A DNA stretch of 64,000 nucleotides, taken from assembly GCA_003649205.1 (NCBI GenBank), contig QMRC01000001.1, forward strand, positions 96,001 through 160,000, written 5' to 3'. Both the position numbers and the translations under genes were made by a program. Positions 41,231 to 51,676 of the stretch are shown here, piece by piece; within the stretch, counting starts at the first letter, position 1, and the number at the start of each line of letters is the position of its first letter. Source of the DNA: Thermoprotei archaeon. Lineage in GTDB: Archaea; Thermoproteota; Thermoprotei; Thermoproteales; B15-G16. A model generated the notes under the pieces. That model was not told the DNA's origin. It saw only the letters and a program-made list of their open reading frames with translations, and made no database searches.

Positions 41231-42671
41231 ATGATAAAGTTAAAGGTAAGCTATAGAGTACTTCTAGTGCTGGTCTGTATACTAGTTATCTCAGCACTAG
41301 TACCACTTATACTGCTTAATTTAGACAATCTAAAGAGCCTCAATCCCAACCCCATACAAATACTAAGTAAAAATGAAGGTGACAACGAAGTAAAGATTGT
41401 GGTAGTCAAAGTAAGGGTACTTCTTTGGGATGGAAAAGAGCTAAAACCTGTCACTAGAGTACATACGTACTTTAGAGGACCAATGAACTACACTCTATTG
41501 AGAGAACTCGAAGTTCTGCATACAGAAGTTCAAGAATTACTTCTATCCCTAGCTAAAAAATAGACCTAGCTAAGGAATACTTTAGAGCAAAGGGCATCGA
41601 GATCATTGATACTAGCATATGGATTAATGCTACAGCATTAATTAAAGGTAAGAAACAGGGCGTACTCTACGTAGTTGTTAAGGAAGTAACAAATCAAACG
41701 TACAGAGAAATTCTCGATTATTTAGGTAAAGTACCTACATTTGTCCGCATTGAGTTGGTAGATGCAGTAGCAACTTTAGAGGATGTAGTTAAAGCAGCTA
41801 AGTTATTATCGAAAGAATGGATTAATGGATCACTTAGAGATATGCCTATACTTTACATTGGGCATAGAATGCTACCTTACGATAATTTACCTCCACTAGG
41901 ACCTACAGTTGTGGTTTTCTTCAAGGAGGGAGAACTACGTTATGAGTACTGCTTGAAAATAATTGAGCTTGTACGTGAGAAAGTTGGTACAGTACCTATA
42001 TTGTTTGAACAAGGTAAACTAGTTTTACTTGGTAAACAGGATTATAATAGACCGTTAGTTGGTGGTATCAGAGTAGAGTCTGGTTATATTGATGAGTAGG
42101 GTGTATGGAATCTCTATGGTATAGGTACGTTGGGTTTCTATGCTTTAAGGAATGGAGAGAAAGGCATTGTTATTGCCGGTCATATCACGGAGGAAGGTGC
42201 TGAAGTTCATTAACCCACATTTTCTAACTACATAGGTGAAACCATTCCCAATCCTCACCCTCCAAGGTGGGTATAGCGATTCAGCATGGGTTAAAGTGGT
42301 TGTGGACATTAGCTTCATGATATACCCAGACATCGAAGTTATAGGCAAGCTATACTCATATGAGCTTAAAGTAGGTACTGTACTTCATCTACAAGGTGCT
42401 TTTAGTTGCCTTTCTGGATGGGAATTTAGATACATAATACCAGAGGTAGATCACCCAGAATATGGTCGCTTATGTAATCAGGCGTATGCTGTAGAGTAGT
42501 ATGTTCCCTATGGGTTGGAGAGAGGTGATTTTTATATATGGTGTTCCTGTTGCCTACATAGCAGGTATTTTCTGGATGACCTACATTGTATACAGCACTC
42601 CTGTAGCTATAGTTTTTAGCCCTATAGATGGTATCGAGCATGACCTAGGTACTCTAGACGTTACACCATAG
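41231..42671 (+). pseudogene. membrane-anchored trypsin-like (S1/alpha-lytic type) serine protease with pro-region, multiply disrupted
   Basis: N-terminal TM; RPLVGGIRV, GTLGFYA, IAGHI, SDSAWV; GDSG region degraded; frameshift in A-run near 41555, stops at 42097, 42211 and 42497. Confidence 0.75.
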
Positions 42672-42679
42672 ACGATTGC

Positions 42680-42717
42680 CCTTTTCTTTAAATTATAACC
42701 TTTTCTTTAAATTATAA
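42680..42717. repeat. perfect 19-bp tandem duplication
   Basis: CCTTTTCTTTAAATTATAA twice. Confidence 0.85.
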
Positions 42718-42847
42718 GTGGTTTATTGATTTGATTTTGCATTTATTCGTTTTACAGCTAGTTGCAGTTTACAGGTTTGAACATGTTCACCGAGGGTGAG
42801 GTTGAAAATTTATTCTGCTCTCTACCTAGGTTGGTGGTGTTTTGTTG

Positions 42848-43326
42848 GTGTTTTTGGAACTAGTTGTCGGTTTTCTGAGTTTAGGATTGACTACTGTGTC
42901 TTCAATTGCTGTACTAGCTTATTGGTTAGGTAGGAAATTTGCTCAAATAGATGCAAGGTTTTACCTCTTGAATCCAAAACTATGAGGTTAGGTATGGCAT
43001 TCGTCAATTACCAAGAATTCTTTGTTGAATTTCTTGCTAGTGAAGGTGTTATTAAAAAGGAGAGAGTGGACTTAGTTAAAGGTGAAGCTAGGGGACTTAT
43101 TGATCTAGCTCTTGCTAATCCATTAAGTAAGGAGGAGTGAAGAAGGATAAAGGAGCTTCTCGATAAGGATGAGTTAACTCTTGAGGAAGCCCTTGAGGTG
43201 AGAGACTTAGCCAGGAAGGTTATTTGGGAGTATGGTGATAGACCTGAGGCATGGAAACTACATGTCTACGCATGTATCATGGTTGGGTTAGCAATGAGGA
43301 AGAAGGCTGAGGGGAAGAGACAGTAG
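42848..43326 (+). pseudogene. PaREP15-like coiled-coil family protein
   Basis: LAYWLGRKFAQIDARF / frameshift / YQEFFVEFL...NPLSKEE-TGA(43138)-RRIKELLDKDELTLEEA. Confidence 0.65.
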
Positions 43327-43342
43327 AAGTGAGTATGGGATT

Positions 43343-43420
43343 TGGTGCCCCCGCCGGGATTTGAACCCGGGACCTCCCGGTTATCAGCCGGGCGCTATAA
43401 CCAGGCTAAGCTACGGGGGC
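43343..43420 (-). tRNA. tRNA-Ile(GAU)
   Basis: GCCCCCG...CCCGG-CT-GAT-AA-CCGGG...TTCAAAT...CGGGGGC-A-CCA. Confidence 0.96.
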
Positions 43421-43473
43421 GTTTCCGTACTTAGCTCTCGTTTGGGGTTTTTGTGATTTTCCACATCATGGCT

Positions 43474-43909
43474 TCATCTCCAGATCTGTCTCTCAACGCT
43501 TTTCCTTCTCGTTTCTGGTGGATCTGTTTTTAGCTTCCATATCCCTTCAGCAAAGTCGAATACCTGTATACCGAGTTTTCCAGCTAACTTATCGCTTATC
43601 AGTACTTCCTCCTCTATTGGTGAGATGACTAGGTCCACACATTGTTGATCCTGTACTTTGGTCTACCACTATACTTACCTCAACTTCATCGAGGAGTACG
43701 TAGTTTCTAATTGGGCCACCTGTTGTGAAGTAGTCTTTAGCTATGTAAGGTCTCGGTGGTGATGGCCATACACCTAGAAGCTCAGCTACTTTAGTAGGAA
43801 CGAGTAGTTCTGGTCTCTCAGTCTCGTAACCTGAATTAACTAGAGCATTTACTTCAAGTACCTTACCTGTACTCCTACTCCTTACCCTTAACTTCACTCT
43901 TATAGCCAT
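43474..43909 (-). pseudogene. retropepsin-like (clan AA) small archaeal protein, frameshifted
   Basis: ALVNSGYE...P.LLVP; after a shift near 43645 it continues VDLVISPIEEEVLISDKLAGKLGI...GIWK to a stop at 43474. Confidence 0.65.
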
Positions 43910-44045
43910 GTGCTCTACTCCTCAGCTCGATAGGGTATATCCTCCCAATTCTTGGTCTAAAGATCTCTCTAATGTGACCAATTCTCGACACGGTACTCAC
44001 CTATCTTCCCTAGCACTACTGGTACTGTACTGCTTTTAAAGCTAC

Positions 44046-44756
44046 TTACTTTGTGGACTTCACGCACTTAGCATATGTTGCACATAGATCTCTTGCAAAG
44101 CATTCACTACATCGTGGATTTCTAGCTTTACAGATAACTGCTGCGAAATCTAGCAGTGCTAGGTTTGCTCTCTTTGCATCAGGAAACATCTCAATAACTC
44201 TACTCAGCACATTGTGAACAAATTTAACGTGTTTTGGATTTTGTTGCTTTAGCTCAATACCGCTAATTCGTGAAATAACCCTAATTATGTTGGTGTCAAC
44301 TAGTGGGTCCTTGAAATTAAATGCCAGAACCCTCACAGCTCTAGCTACGTACTCACCAACCCCTGGAAGACTAAGTAATTCATTGAGTTCTCTAGGAACT
44401 TCACCACCATACCTCTCAACGAGTACTCTACCTAGTTCCTTCAATTCACGTGCTCTAGTATTGTGTAGACCAAGAGGTTGCAGTATCTTCCTCAATTCAT
44501 CTATGGATGCTAGGGCTAGAGCCTGTGGTGTTGGGTATCGTCTCACTAGCTCAAGGTAAACTGGAACCACCTTCTCACCTTGTGTTCTCCTCAGAAGTAG
44601 CTCAGCAACCAGGATCTTGTAGGGATCCTTCTCTACTCTCCAGGGTAATTCACGGTCTCTATTTAGAGAGATAGACCATGAGATAGCCCTCGTAATTAAT
44701 TCACATATACGACCTACTAAACCACAAACCCCCTGTAGCATAGACATTGTCAACAA
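44046..44756 (-). CDS. HhH-GPD DNA glycosylase with 4Fe-4S (MIG/MutY family)
   Basis: LPWR, AELLLRRT, LPGVGEY, VDTN, CKARNPRCSEC...C. Confidence 0.9.
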   Translation of the reverse strand: MLTMSMLQGVCGLVGRICELITRAISWSISLNRDRELPWRVEKDPYKILVAELLLRRTQGEKVVPVYLELVRRYPTPQALALASIDELRKILQPLGLHNTRARELKELGRVLVERYGGEVPRELNELLSLPGVGEYVARAVRVLAFNFKDPLVDTNIIRVISRISGIELKQQNPKHVKFVHNVLSRVIEMFPDAKRANLALLDFAAVICKARNPRCSECFARDLCATYAKCVKSTK

Positions 44757-44907
44757 CTAAATGAACTATTTGATGAATCTAGCTTATTAATCGTTTCATA
44801 GATGAAGTTTATTTTTATGTCTAATCACACGAAAGGCACAATACTTGAAATTAGAACACTTTGTCATATAACAAATAGAGTATATAAAGTAGTAGTTTGG
44901 ATGTATT

Positions 44908-46878
44908 TTACCGCAGAAGATTTCTGATGTCTTCGGGAAGGGATTCAATATCGATACCCAGCTTTATTAATGTTTCCTTTTTTGGTAATCCTGTTTCAAG
45001 ATCCCAACCACGTTCATCATAGTAATCATCTTGAATTCTATGCAAGTCATCTGTAGTTAGCTGAATTATTCCATAGTAATCTCTCAATTCGATAATTCCC
45101 TCTGGAGTATTCATGGGTCTAAGCCATGTTTTTGGAACTTTATCATCCTCTCTTGTAAATCCTTCACGTGCATTGAGTAATCTATAGAGGTTAAATGCTC
45201 TCTCTCCACATCTCAGTAATTCTTCAGCGCTAATTTCTTTTCCAGTGGCTGCTGAATAGGCTTCAGCTAAGTCATCTATTCCAAAGAAGCCGAAGAATGT
45301 ATACATTGAGCACGTACCGAGACTGTTGTGAACCATCATTCCATCTTCCATGTATTTCGTGTACCTACCAACGTTAAATGCTCCACTATATGGTGTGAAC
45401 TGGAATATTTGTTCAAGTCTATCTTTAGGAATCCCCCAATGTTCAAACTGCTCCCTAATCTCTTTAAGTGGTCGTAATACTTGTGCTGTTTTTGTATGGC
45501 AACCCCCGTGATGAGGCCTTGGATTGACAACGAATGTGAACATTAGTGGATGTAATCTAGCAGGTCTAGCATCGTATATGAAATCAACGCCTTTATTTAT
45601 ACCTGCATACCAGTATTCCTGTGGATCTAGACCATATTTTTCTGCAACTCCAAGCCATCCTTCAGCTAGATCATTACCTACTCCCTTTCTTTCTATAACT
45701 TCATAGAATAACCTTAAGTAGCAATTCCAGTCTCTCCTTATTTCCTCACCTAGCTTATCTTTTGGAATTGCTCCCTCTACGACCTTCTTTGTAAAGAAAT
45801 CTACTAACCTAGTAAATGTATAGTAGTCTAGACCTTCTCTATTAGCTAGACAGACAAGGTATATCATCTTATTATAGTCCTCTATACCCCATAACATAGC
45901 ACTTGTTGCACTTTTACCATAAGGTGATCCTAACCCCCACCATCCCGCGTAATCACCTGTCTTTATCCTCCACTTTATTCTGCATGCAATCAAACATGTT
46001 GGACAAGCATATGTTCTCTCTAGAGTCTCGAGTCTCTTCTCTTCTCCGCACAATCTATCCCATTTATCCTTAGGCCATATACCGGGGTATTGTGTATGTT
46101 TAAATGTTCTCCAACCCGCACCCATACCGAGCTTTATCCAATGTGGTCTATACGACCATTCCATTATTCTCCTTCTAACCTCTAAGACCTTCTTCATAAA
46201 TCTATCAGGGTCGGCTACTGTAATACCTTTTCTAGATCCCTTAACAACTATTGCTTTCAATTTCTTGGATCCAAATATAGCTCCTACTCCATTCCTTCCT
46301 AAGCTATCTCTTTTATCAACAATTGCCATAGCGTATCTAACTAGATGCTCTCCGGCTTTCCCTATAGCTACTACTGAGGCACACTTATTGTGTCTTCGTC
46401 TAAGCTCGTCCGTAGTTTCGTAGATATTCTTCTTACCCCAAAGATCTGAGGCATCATGTATTTCAATATCGTTATCAATTATTTTAAGGTAAACAGGCTC
46501 CTCGGAAGCCCCTGTAATAACAAGTCCATCGTATCCAGCAAGTTTGAGTTCAAGTCCGAGGTTTCCACCAACTACAGACACTGCTATGAAGTGTTTGTAC
46601 TTACCATCTTTCTTACCTGCAATAATTGGTAATTTAGTGAGAGCAATGGTTTTAGTTGCGCTTGGAAACGGTGTTCCAACGAGAGCCCCAGTAAATATAA
46701 TTAACGGATTTTTAGCAGAGAATGGGTCTATTCCTGGAGGTATCATGTCTATTGCAAGTCTAATGGCATAACCCGCACCTCCAATGTACTTGTCTACTAT
46801 TGTGTGGTCTATCGATGTTTCCTTTATCTTCTTTTCTGTTAAATCAACCCAGAGGATTTTCCCCGCGTATAAGTGCAT
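44908..46878 (-). CDS. aor: tungsten-dependent aldehyde:ferredoxin oxidoreductase family protein
   Basis: GKILWVDL, LKLAGYDG, GSKKLKAI, CPTCLIAC, YYDERGWD...GLP. Confidence 0.93.
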   Translation of the reverse strand: MHLYAGKILWVDLTEKKIKETSIDHTIVDKYIGGAGYAIRLAIDMIPPGIDPFSAKNPLIIFTGALVGTPFPSATKTIALTKLPIIAGKKDGKYKHFIAVSVVGGNLGLELKLAGYDGLVITGASEEPVYLKIIDNDIEIHDASDLWGKKNIYETTDELRRRHNKCASVVAIGKAGEHLVRYAMAIVDKRDSLGRNGVGAIFGSKKLKAIVVKGSRKGITVADPDRFMKKVLEVRRRIMEWSYRPHWIKLGMGAGWRTFKHTQYPGIWPKDKWDRLCGEEKRLETLERTYACPTCLIACRIKWRIKTGDYAGWWGLGSPYGKSATSAMLWGIEDYNKMIYLVCLANREGLDYYTFTRLVDFFTKKVVEGAIPKDKLGEEIRRDWNCYLRLFYEVIERKGVGNDLAEGWLGVAEKYGLDPQEYWYAGINKGVDFIYDARPARLHPLMFTFVVNPRPHHGGCHTKTAQVLRPLKEIREQFEHWGIPKDRLEQIFQFTPYSGAFNVGRYTKYMEDGMMVHNSLGTCSMYTFFGFFGIDDLAEAYSAATGKEISAEELLRCGERAFNLYRLLNAREGFTREDDKVPKTWLRPMNTPEGIIELRDYYGIIQLTTDDLHRIQDDYYDERGWDLETGLPKKETLIKLGIDIESLPEDIRNLLR

Positions 46879-46898
46879 GATTCTCACCTCAAACCATT

Positions 46899-47123
46899 TT
46901 ACTCATATCGGAGAGCACCATATGGACAAGACTCTACACATTTAAGACATGAATCACATCCGTCTAGTATTTCTGCGTGTGGATTTCCTTCTTCATCTTC
47001 GTATATGCGTATGAAGGCCTTGCTAGGATTGAACTCGTGGAAGTGGTGGAAGGAACACATGAATTGACAAGTCCTACATATTCTGCAATTTTCCGGAACG
47101 AATATTATTCTTTTCTGACTCAT
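46899..47123 (-). CDS. 4Fe-4S ferredoxin-like AOR partner
   Basis: CRICRTCQFMC and CDSCLKCVESCPYGAL. Confidence 0.9.
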   Translation of the reverse strand: MSQKRIIFVPENCRICRTCQFMCSFHHFHEFNPSKAFIRIYEDEEGNPHAEILDGCDSCLKCVESCPYGALRYE

Positions 47124-47839
47124 CTTTCACCCTCCATCATCTTCTTATATTCCTCTATTATTTCTACACCAGAACTGGTACCTATTCTATCCGCTCCCGC
47201 TTCTATTACTTCCAGTGCTTGTTTTGCTGTCCTTATACCGCCAGCAGCTTTTATTTTGACTCTATTCCCTACTATTGACTTAATGAACCTCACATCTTCT
47301 GCCGTTGTTGGCCTCCACTTGTGGAATCCTTTGAATCCCGTTGAAGTTTTTATGTAGTGTACTCCAGCCTCAATAGCTAGTTCACAAGCTATTTTTATCT
47401 CCTCTTTAGTGAGGTATGGTACTTCGATAATTGCCTTTACTATGCGGCCTTTAGCAGCTTCTACTATTTTTTTAAGTTCTTCTCTTACTTCATCTATTTT
47501 ACCACTTTTTAAGGCACCTTTATTCAAGACAAAGTCTATTTCTACTTCATCAGCTCCATCCTTGATTGCTCTTTCAACTTCAAGTACCTTAAGCTCTATA
47601 GGAACTGTACCAAGAGGAAATCCTATTGCTGCTGTGATTTTCACTCCTGTTCCCTTGAGGATTTCTCTAGCAAGAGGTATCATCGCTGGATAAATTGCAA
47701 CAGATGCGAATCTGTACTTTTTTGCGTTTAGGAGGAATTTTATAAATTCATCTTCGCTGTCTGGAACAATTTTGAGGTATGTTTGATCTATTCTTTTCGC
47801 AAGTTCTTCCACAGACAGCTTGATCACTTTACTATTCAC
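47120..47839 (-). CDS. deoC: deoxyribose-phosphate aldolase family (canonical lysines)
   Basis: IGFPLG, IKTSTGF, IKAAGGIR, RIGTSS. Confidence 0.92.
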   Translation of the reverse strand: MNSKVIKLSVEELAKRIDQTYLKIVPDSEDEFIKFLLNAKKYRFASVAIYPAMIPLAREILKGTGVKITAAIGFPLGTVPIELKVLEVERAIKDGADEVEIDFVLNKGALKSGKIDEVREELKKIVEAAKGRIVKAIIEVPYLTKEEIKIACELAIEAGVHYIKTSTGFKGFHKWRPTTAEDVRFIKSIVGNRVKIKAAGGIRTAKQALEVIEAGADRIGTSSGVEIIEEYKKMMEGER

Positions 47840-48617
47840 CTCTTAGCTTTGATTTAGGATCTTCCTTAATCAATCTAATTACCCTTTCATATAAAAGTTC
47901 CTTTTTCTCCTCTGATAATGCTTCCCACGCTTTCTCGAGAGTATTGAAGACATCTTCTGGTGTGCTTGTTGCAATTCTATCGGCACCCGCTTCCAGCATG
48001 CTAAGAGCTATTTCAGCATTTCTAACACCGCCTGCAGCCATAACCTTTATTTTATCTCCGTAATTATCCTTGATAATCTTCACATGCTCAGGTAGCGTCT
48101 TTAACCCATAGCCGCTATTGGTTTTTATGAAATGAGCACCGGCCTCAATAGCGATCTTTGTAAATAGTTTTATTTCTTCAGGAGTCAGGAATGCTGTTTG
48201 TGGAATTACTTTGACAATTACGTTCTCGGATTCAGCTATCTTAACTATTCTTCTAATTTCCTCCTTTAACAGATCGTACTGACCAAACTTAAAGTAGTAC
48301 ATATTTACAGCAACGTCAAGCTCATTAGCTCCTTGCTCAATAGCCCATTTAGCTTGTTCAACTTTAATATCTGTTGGTATTCCTCCAGTAGGGTATGCGA
48401 TTGGTGCTACTACATCAATTTTTGTGCCTTTAAGCAGTTTCACAGCAAGAGGTATGTAGTATAGATCTACAGCTATTGCTGCATATGGATACTTCTTATG
48501 GTGTTCAATGAATTTTCTGACTTCCTCTTCAGTAGTATCGGGTTCTATCAGTGAGGTATCCATTATTCTAGCTAGGAGATCTACCGTGAGTTTATATTTA
48601 CTCCCCATAACGTACAC
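47832..48617 (-). CDS. divergent DeoC-family aldolase
   Basis: IAYPTG, ELDVAVN, IKTNSGY, VMAAGGVR, RIATS. Confidence 0.85.
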   Translation of the reverse strand: MYVMGSKYKLTVDLLARIMDTSLIEPDTTEEEVRKFIEHHKKYPYAAIAVDLYYIPLAVKLLKGTKIDVVAPIAYPTGGIPTDIKVEQAKWAIEQGANELDVAVNMYYFKFGQYDLLKEEIRRIVKIAESENVIVKVIPQTAFLTPEEIKLFTKIAIEAGAHFIKTNSGYGLKTLPEHVKIIKDNYGDKIKVMAAGGVRNAEIALSMLEAGADRIATSTPEDVFNTLEKAWEALSEEKKELLYERVIRLIKEDPKSKLRGE

Positions 48618-48701
48618 CCGAATGGGCTGTCTAGCTGTTAATAGTTGTGTGAAAAGGGTAGTTAAAGAAATATATGTGGATTTCTATCTTTGTCAACAAA
48701 G

Positions 48702-50261
48702 TTAGAAGATGTTGTACTTTAGTCCTACTTCAAATAGTTGCTTATAAATGGAATCGAGTGTTCTCCAGATGTTCTTATACACTTTGTATATCTCAGTGTA
48801 TATTTTGTGTGCTTCTGAATCAGGCTTCTCTACTGCTATATCTCTTATTAATTTTTCAACAATGCTGTAATCCTTGTAAATACCTACGCCAATACCAGCG
48901 GCAACTGCTGCAGCTAGGCAGTTTGCTTCTTGGAGTAGTTCTGGAACAAGTAGTTCTACTCCTAAGACATCTGCCATAATTTTTCTCCAGGTAGCATTTT
49001 GTGCACTACCACCTATTAACCTAATGAGTTCGATTTTTGCACCTTCTTCTCTGAAGATTTCTATGATTTCTCTCATTGTTAATGCTACTCCCTCCATTAT
49101 TGCTCTTATGAAGTGTTCTTTTCTATGGGCTAGCGTTAGGTTGAGGAAGCCTCCCTTTATGTAGCTCTTGTTGTGTGGTGCACCTCCACCCATTAGGTAC
49201 GGGAGAAATACTAGACCCCCACTTCCAATAGGTACTTGTTCAGCTTTAATCTGGATAACGTCATATATGCTGATACCAGCTCTCTCAGCTCCTTCCTTTT
49301 CTGATATCAGAAAATGCTCAATAAACCAGTCAATACTAGCTGAACCGCTGTGAGTGAATTGATGAGGAGTGTACTTTCCAGGTATCATGCTACATAACGT
49401 ACATATGCGGTACTGTGGACTTATCATTGGGGAGTTTGTGAATATCCCAGACCAGAAGGCTGTACCAGTACATATGTATGAGATACCCTCTTTGACAACG
49501 CCAGCACCGACTGCTGCAGCTGGTACGTCACCAGCACCCGCTACTACTGGTGTTCCTGGTTTTAGACCTGTTACTTTAGCAGCTTCATCAGTTACATAAC
49601 CGACAACATCATGAGACTCATAGAGATCAGGAAGCTTATCCATATCAATTCCCATGAATGAAACGACCTCTTCGTCCCATGTGCGCTTGTGAATATTGAG
49701 CATTCCGGTGTTTGATGCGTCAGTGTAGTCACTTGCTATCTTACCAGTTAATTTAAGCCTAATGTAATCCTTACATTGGATGAACTTATGTGTCTTCTCG
49801 TATATTTCGGAAAGATGCTTCTTTATCCATGCTATTTTAACAAGTGGATACATAGGTACAGCCATGCCAGAACCTGTTCTCTTGTAAAATTCTTCCCATC
49901 CAAAGTTTTTCTCAAGATGCTCACTTTCCTCAACAGCTCTCATGTCTTCCCATATAATGACTCTCTTCATTAAGAGATTACCTTCTTTATCTACAGGAAC
50001 AGCACCCATCATTTGTCCACTGAATGATATGGCTGCAATTTTTTCAGGTGGTATCTTCGTTTTCCTTAGGATATTCCTCGTAGACTCAACAACAGCCACC
50101 CACCATTCTTCAGGGCTCTGTTCGACCCATTGGGGTCTTACGTAATAGGTATTGTAACGTCTATACTCACGTGCAATAGCTCTTCCCTCGGTGTTGAATA
50201 GTACTGCTTTAACACCAGAGGTGCCAAGATCGTAAACTAGAAAATATTCCTTCTCTACCAT
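48702..50261 (-). CDS. FGGY-family carbohydrate kinase (xylulokinase-like)
   Basis: DLGTSGVK, FSGQM, DASNTG, GAGD, FLPYL, RAIMEG. Confidence 0.93.
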   Translation of the reverse strand: MVEKEYFLVYDLGTSGVKAVLFNTEGRAIAREYRRYNTYYVRPQWVEQSPEEWWVAVVESTRNILRKTKIPPEKIAAISFSGQMMGAVPVDKEGNLLMKRVIIWEDMRAVEESEHLEKNFGWEEFYKRTGSGMAVPMYPLVKIAWIKKHLSEIYEKTHKFIQCKDYIRLKLTGKIASDYTDASNTGMLNIHKRTWDEEVVSFMGIDMDKLPDLYESHDVVGYVTDEAAKVTGLKPGTPVVAGAGDVPAAAVGAGVVKEGISYICTGTAFWSGIFTNSPMISPQYRICTLCSMIPGKYTPHQFTHSGSASIDWFIEHFLISEKEGAERAGISIYDVIQIKAEQVPIGSGGLVFLPYLMGGGAPHNKSYIKGGFLNLTLAHRKEHFIRAIMEGVALTMREIIEIFREEGAKIELIRLIGGSAQNATWRKIMADVLGVELLVPELLQEANCLAAAVAAGIGVGIYKDYSIVEKLIRDIAVEKPDSEAHKIYTEIYKVYKNIWRTLDSIYKQLFEVGLKYNIF

Positions 50262-51220
50262 ATTTACTCACCTCCTTAAATTGTACTCAACTTATTAAAG
50301 ATTTCATTTAAGTTCCTGAATGATGACTTGAAGAGTTCATATAGCTTCTCATATATCTCCACGTTTTCTGGTGTGGGCTCAACAACTTTCTTTATCTTAA
50401 CGACCCTTTCTGCGGCCTCCTCATAGGATTTCCATAGGCCTACACCAATACCTCCCATGATTGCTGCTCCAATAGCTGTTGTGTCTTGAGGATTCTCTAG
50501 TACGATCATCTTCATGTTTAGAATATCTGCATGAATTTGCACCCATAGGTCACTTAGAGCGCCGCCTCCTATTGTCCTAAACTCTCCCCACTTACGTAGT
50601 GGTATGCCTGCTTCTTCGAACTGCTCAACTAACCATTTGAATGCAAAAGCTACTCCTTCGAGTACAGCTCTGTAGAAGTCAGCCCTCTTTGTATGTAGGG
50701 ACGTTATGCCTATAAATGCTCCTCTTGCATTAGGATTCCAGTGTGGACCTCCACCACCTGCAATGTATGGGATGAATATTAATCCACCACATCCAGGTTT
50801 AACTTCTCTAGCCTTTGATTCATAGACATCAAGAACTTTTATTCCTAAATTGCTTAGGATGCTTTCCTCTATACCTAGGAATGTGCTCTTAAACCAATCG
50901 ACTGATAGACCTCCTGCAGATATGTATGAGAACGGCGTGTACTTACCTGGAATCGCTGATAAGAAGTTGTTTATACGTGCCTTTGGGTCTAGTATCGGCT
51001 CATGAGAAAATGCTGCTAGCTGACTTGCTGTACCGATGTAGCAATAGGCTGTTCTCTCTTTGACAACGCCAGCACCCACCGCTGCGCAAATGCTATCACC
51101 TGATCCTGCTACTACTGGTGTTCCTGGTTTTAGACCTGTTACTTTAGCAGCTTCATCAGTTACATAACCGACAACATCATGAGACTCATAGAGATCAGGA
51201 AGCTTATCCATATCAATTCC
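49540..51220. repeat. 113-bp perfect direct repeat (49540-49652 and 51108-51220)
   Basis: identical by eye, GCTACTACTGG...ATATCAATTCC; lies inside both kinase genes. Confidence 0.9.
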
Positions 51221-51676
51221 TGCTGCTTCAAGGATTTCCTCAGAGTACTTTCTCTTCCTTACGTCTAGCCATCCCGTGTTTGAAGCTCCACCGTAGTCAC
51301 CTACGAACTTTCCTGTTAGCTTAAGTATTATGTAGTCCCACGTTTGTAGGAACTTGTATGTTCTGTTGTAGACTTCAGGTTCATTTTCCTTTAACCACAT
51401 TACTTTGGATATAGAGAGCATGCCTAGTGGGTGGCCGAGACCATGAATCTTGTAGAAATTCTCGTAACCTCCTAGCTTCTCTACAAGCTTCTTTCCTTGT
51501 TCTTCTGCTCTCAAATCCGCCCAAATCATTACGTACTTACGTACAACTCTACCTTCTTTATCTACGGGGACACATCCAGGGAAGTGCCCACTGAATGATA
51601 TGGCTGCAATTTTTTCAGGTGGTATCTTCGTTTTCCTTAGGATATTCCTCGTAGACTCAACAACAGCCACCCACCA
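50017..51676. repeat. 89-bp perfect direct repeat (50017-50105 and 51588-51676)
   Basis: identical by eye, CCACTGAATG...CCACCCACCA; lies inside both kinase genes. Confidence 0.9.

Noticed and set aside
8818-43140. In-frame TAG/TGA/TAA at 8818, 42097, 42211, 42497 and 43138 as possible stop-codon recoding (Pyl/Sec)
   Set aside because: The same genes also carry frameshifts, all three stop types occur, and TAG/TGA terminate core genes normally. Simple G>A or C>T decay explains most of them.
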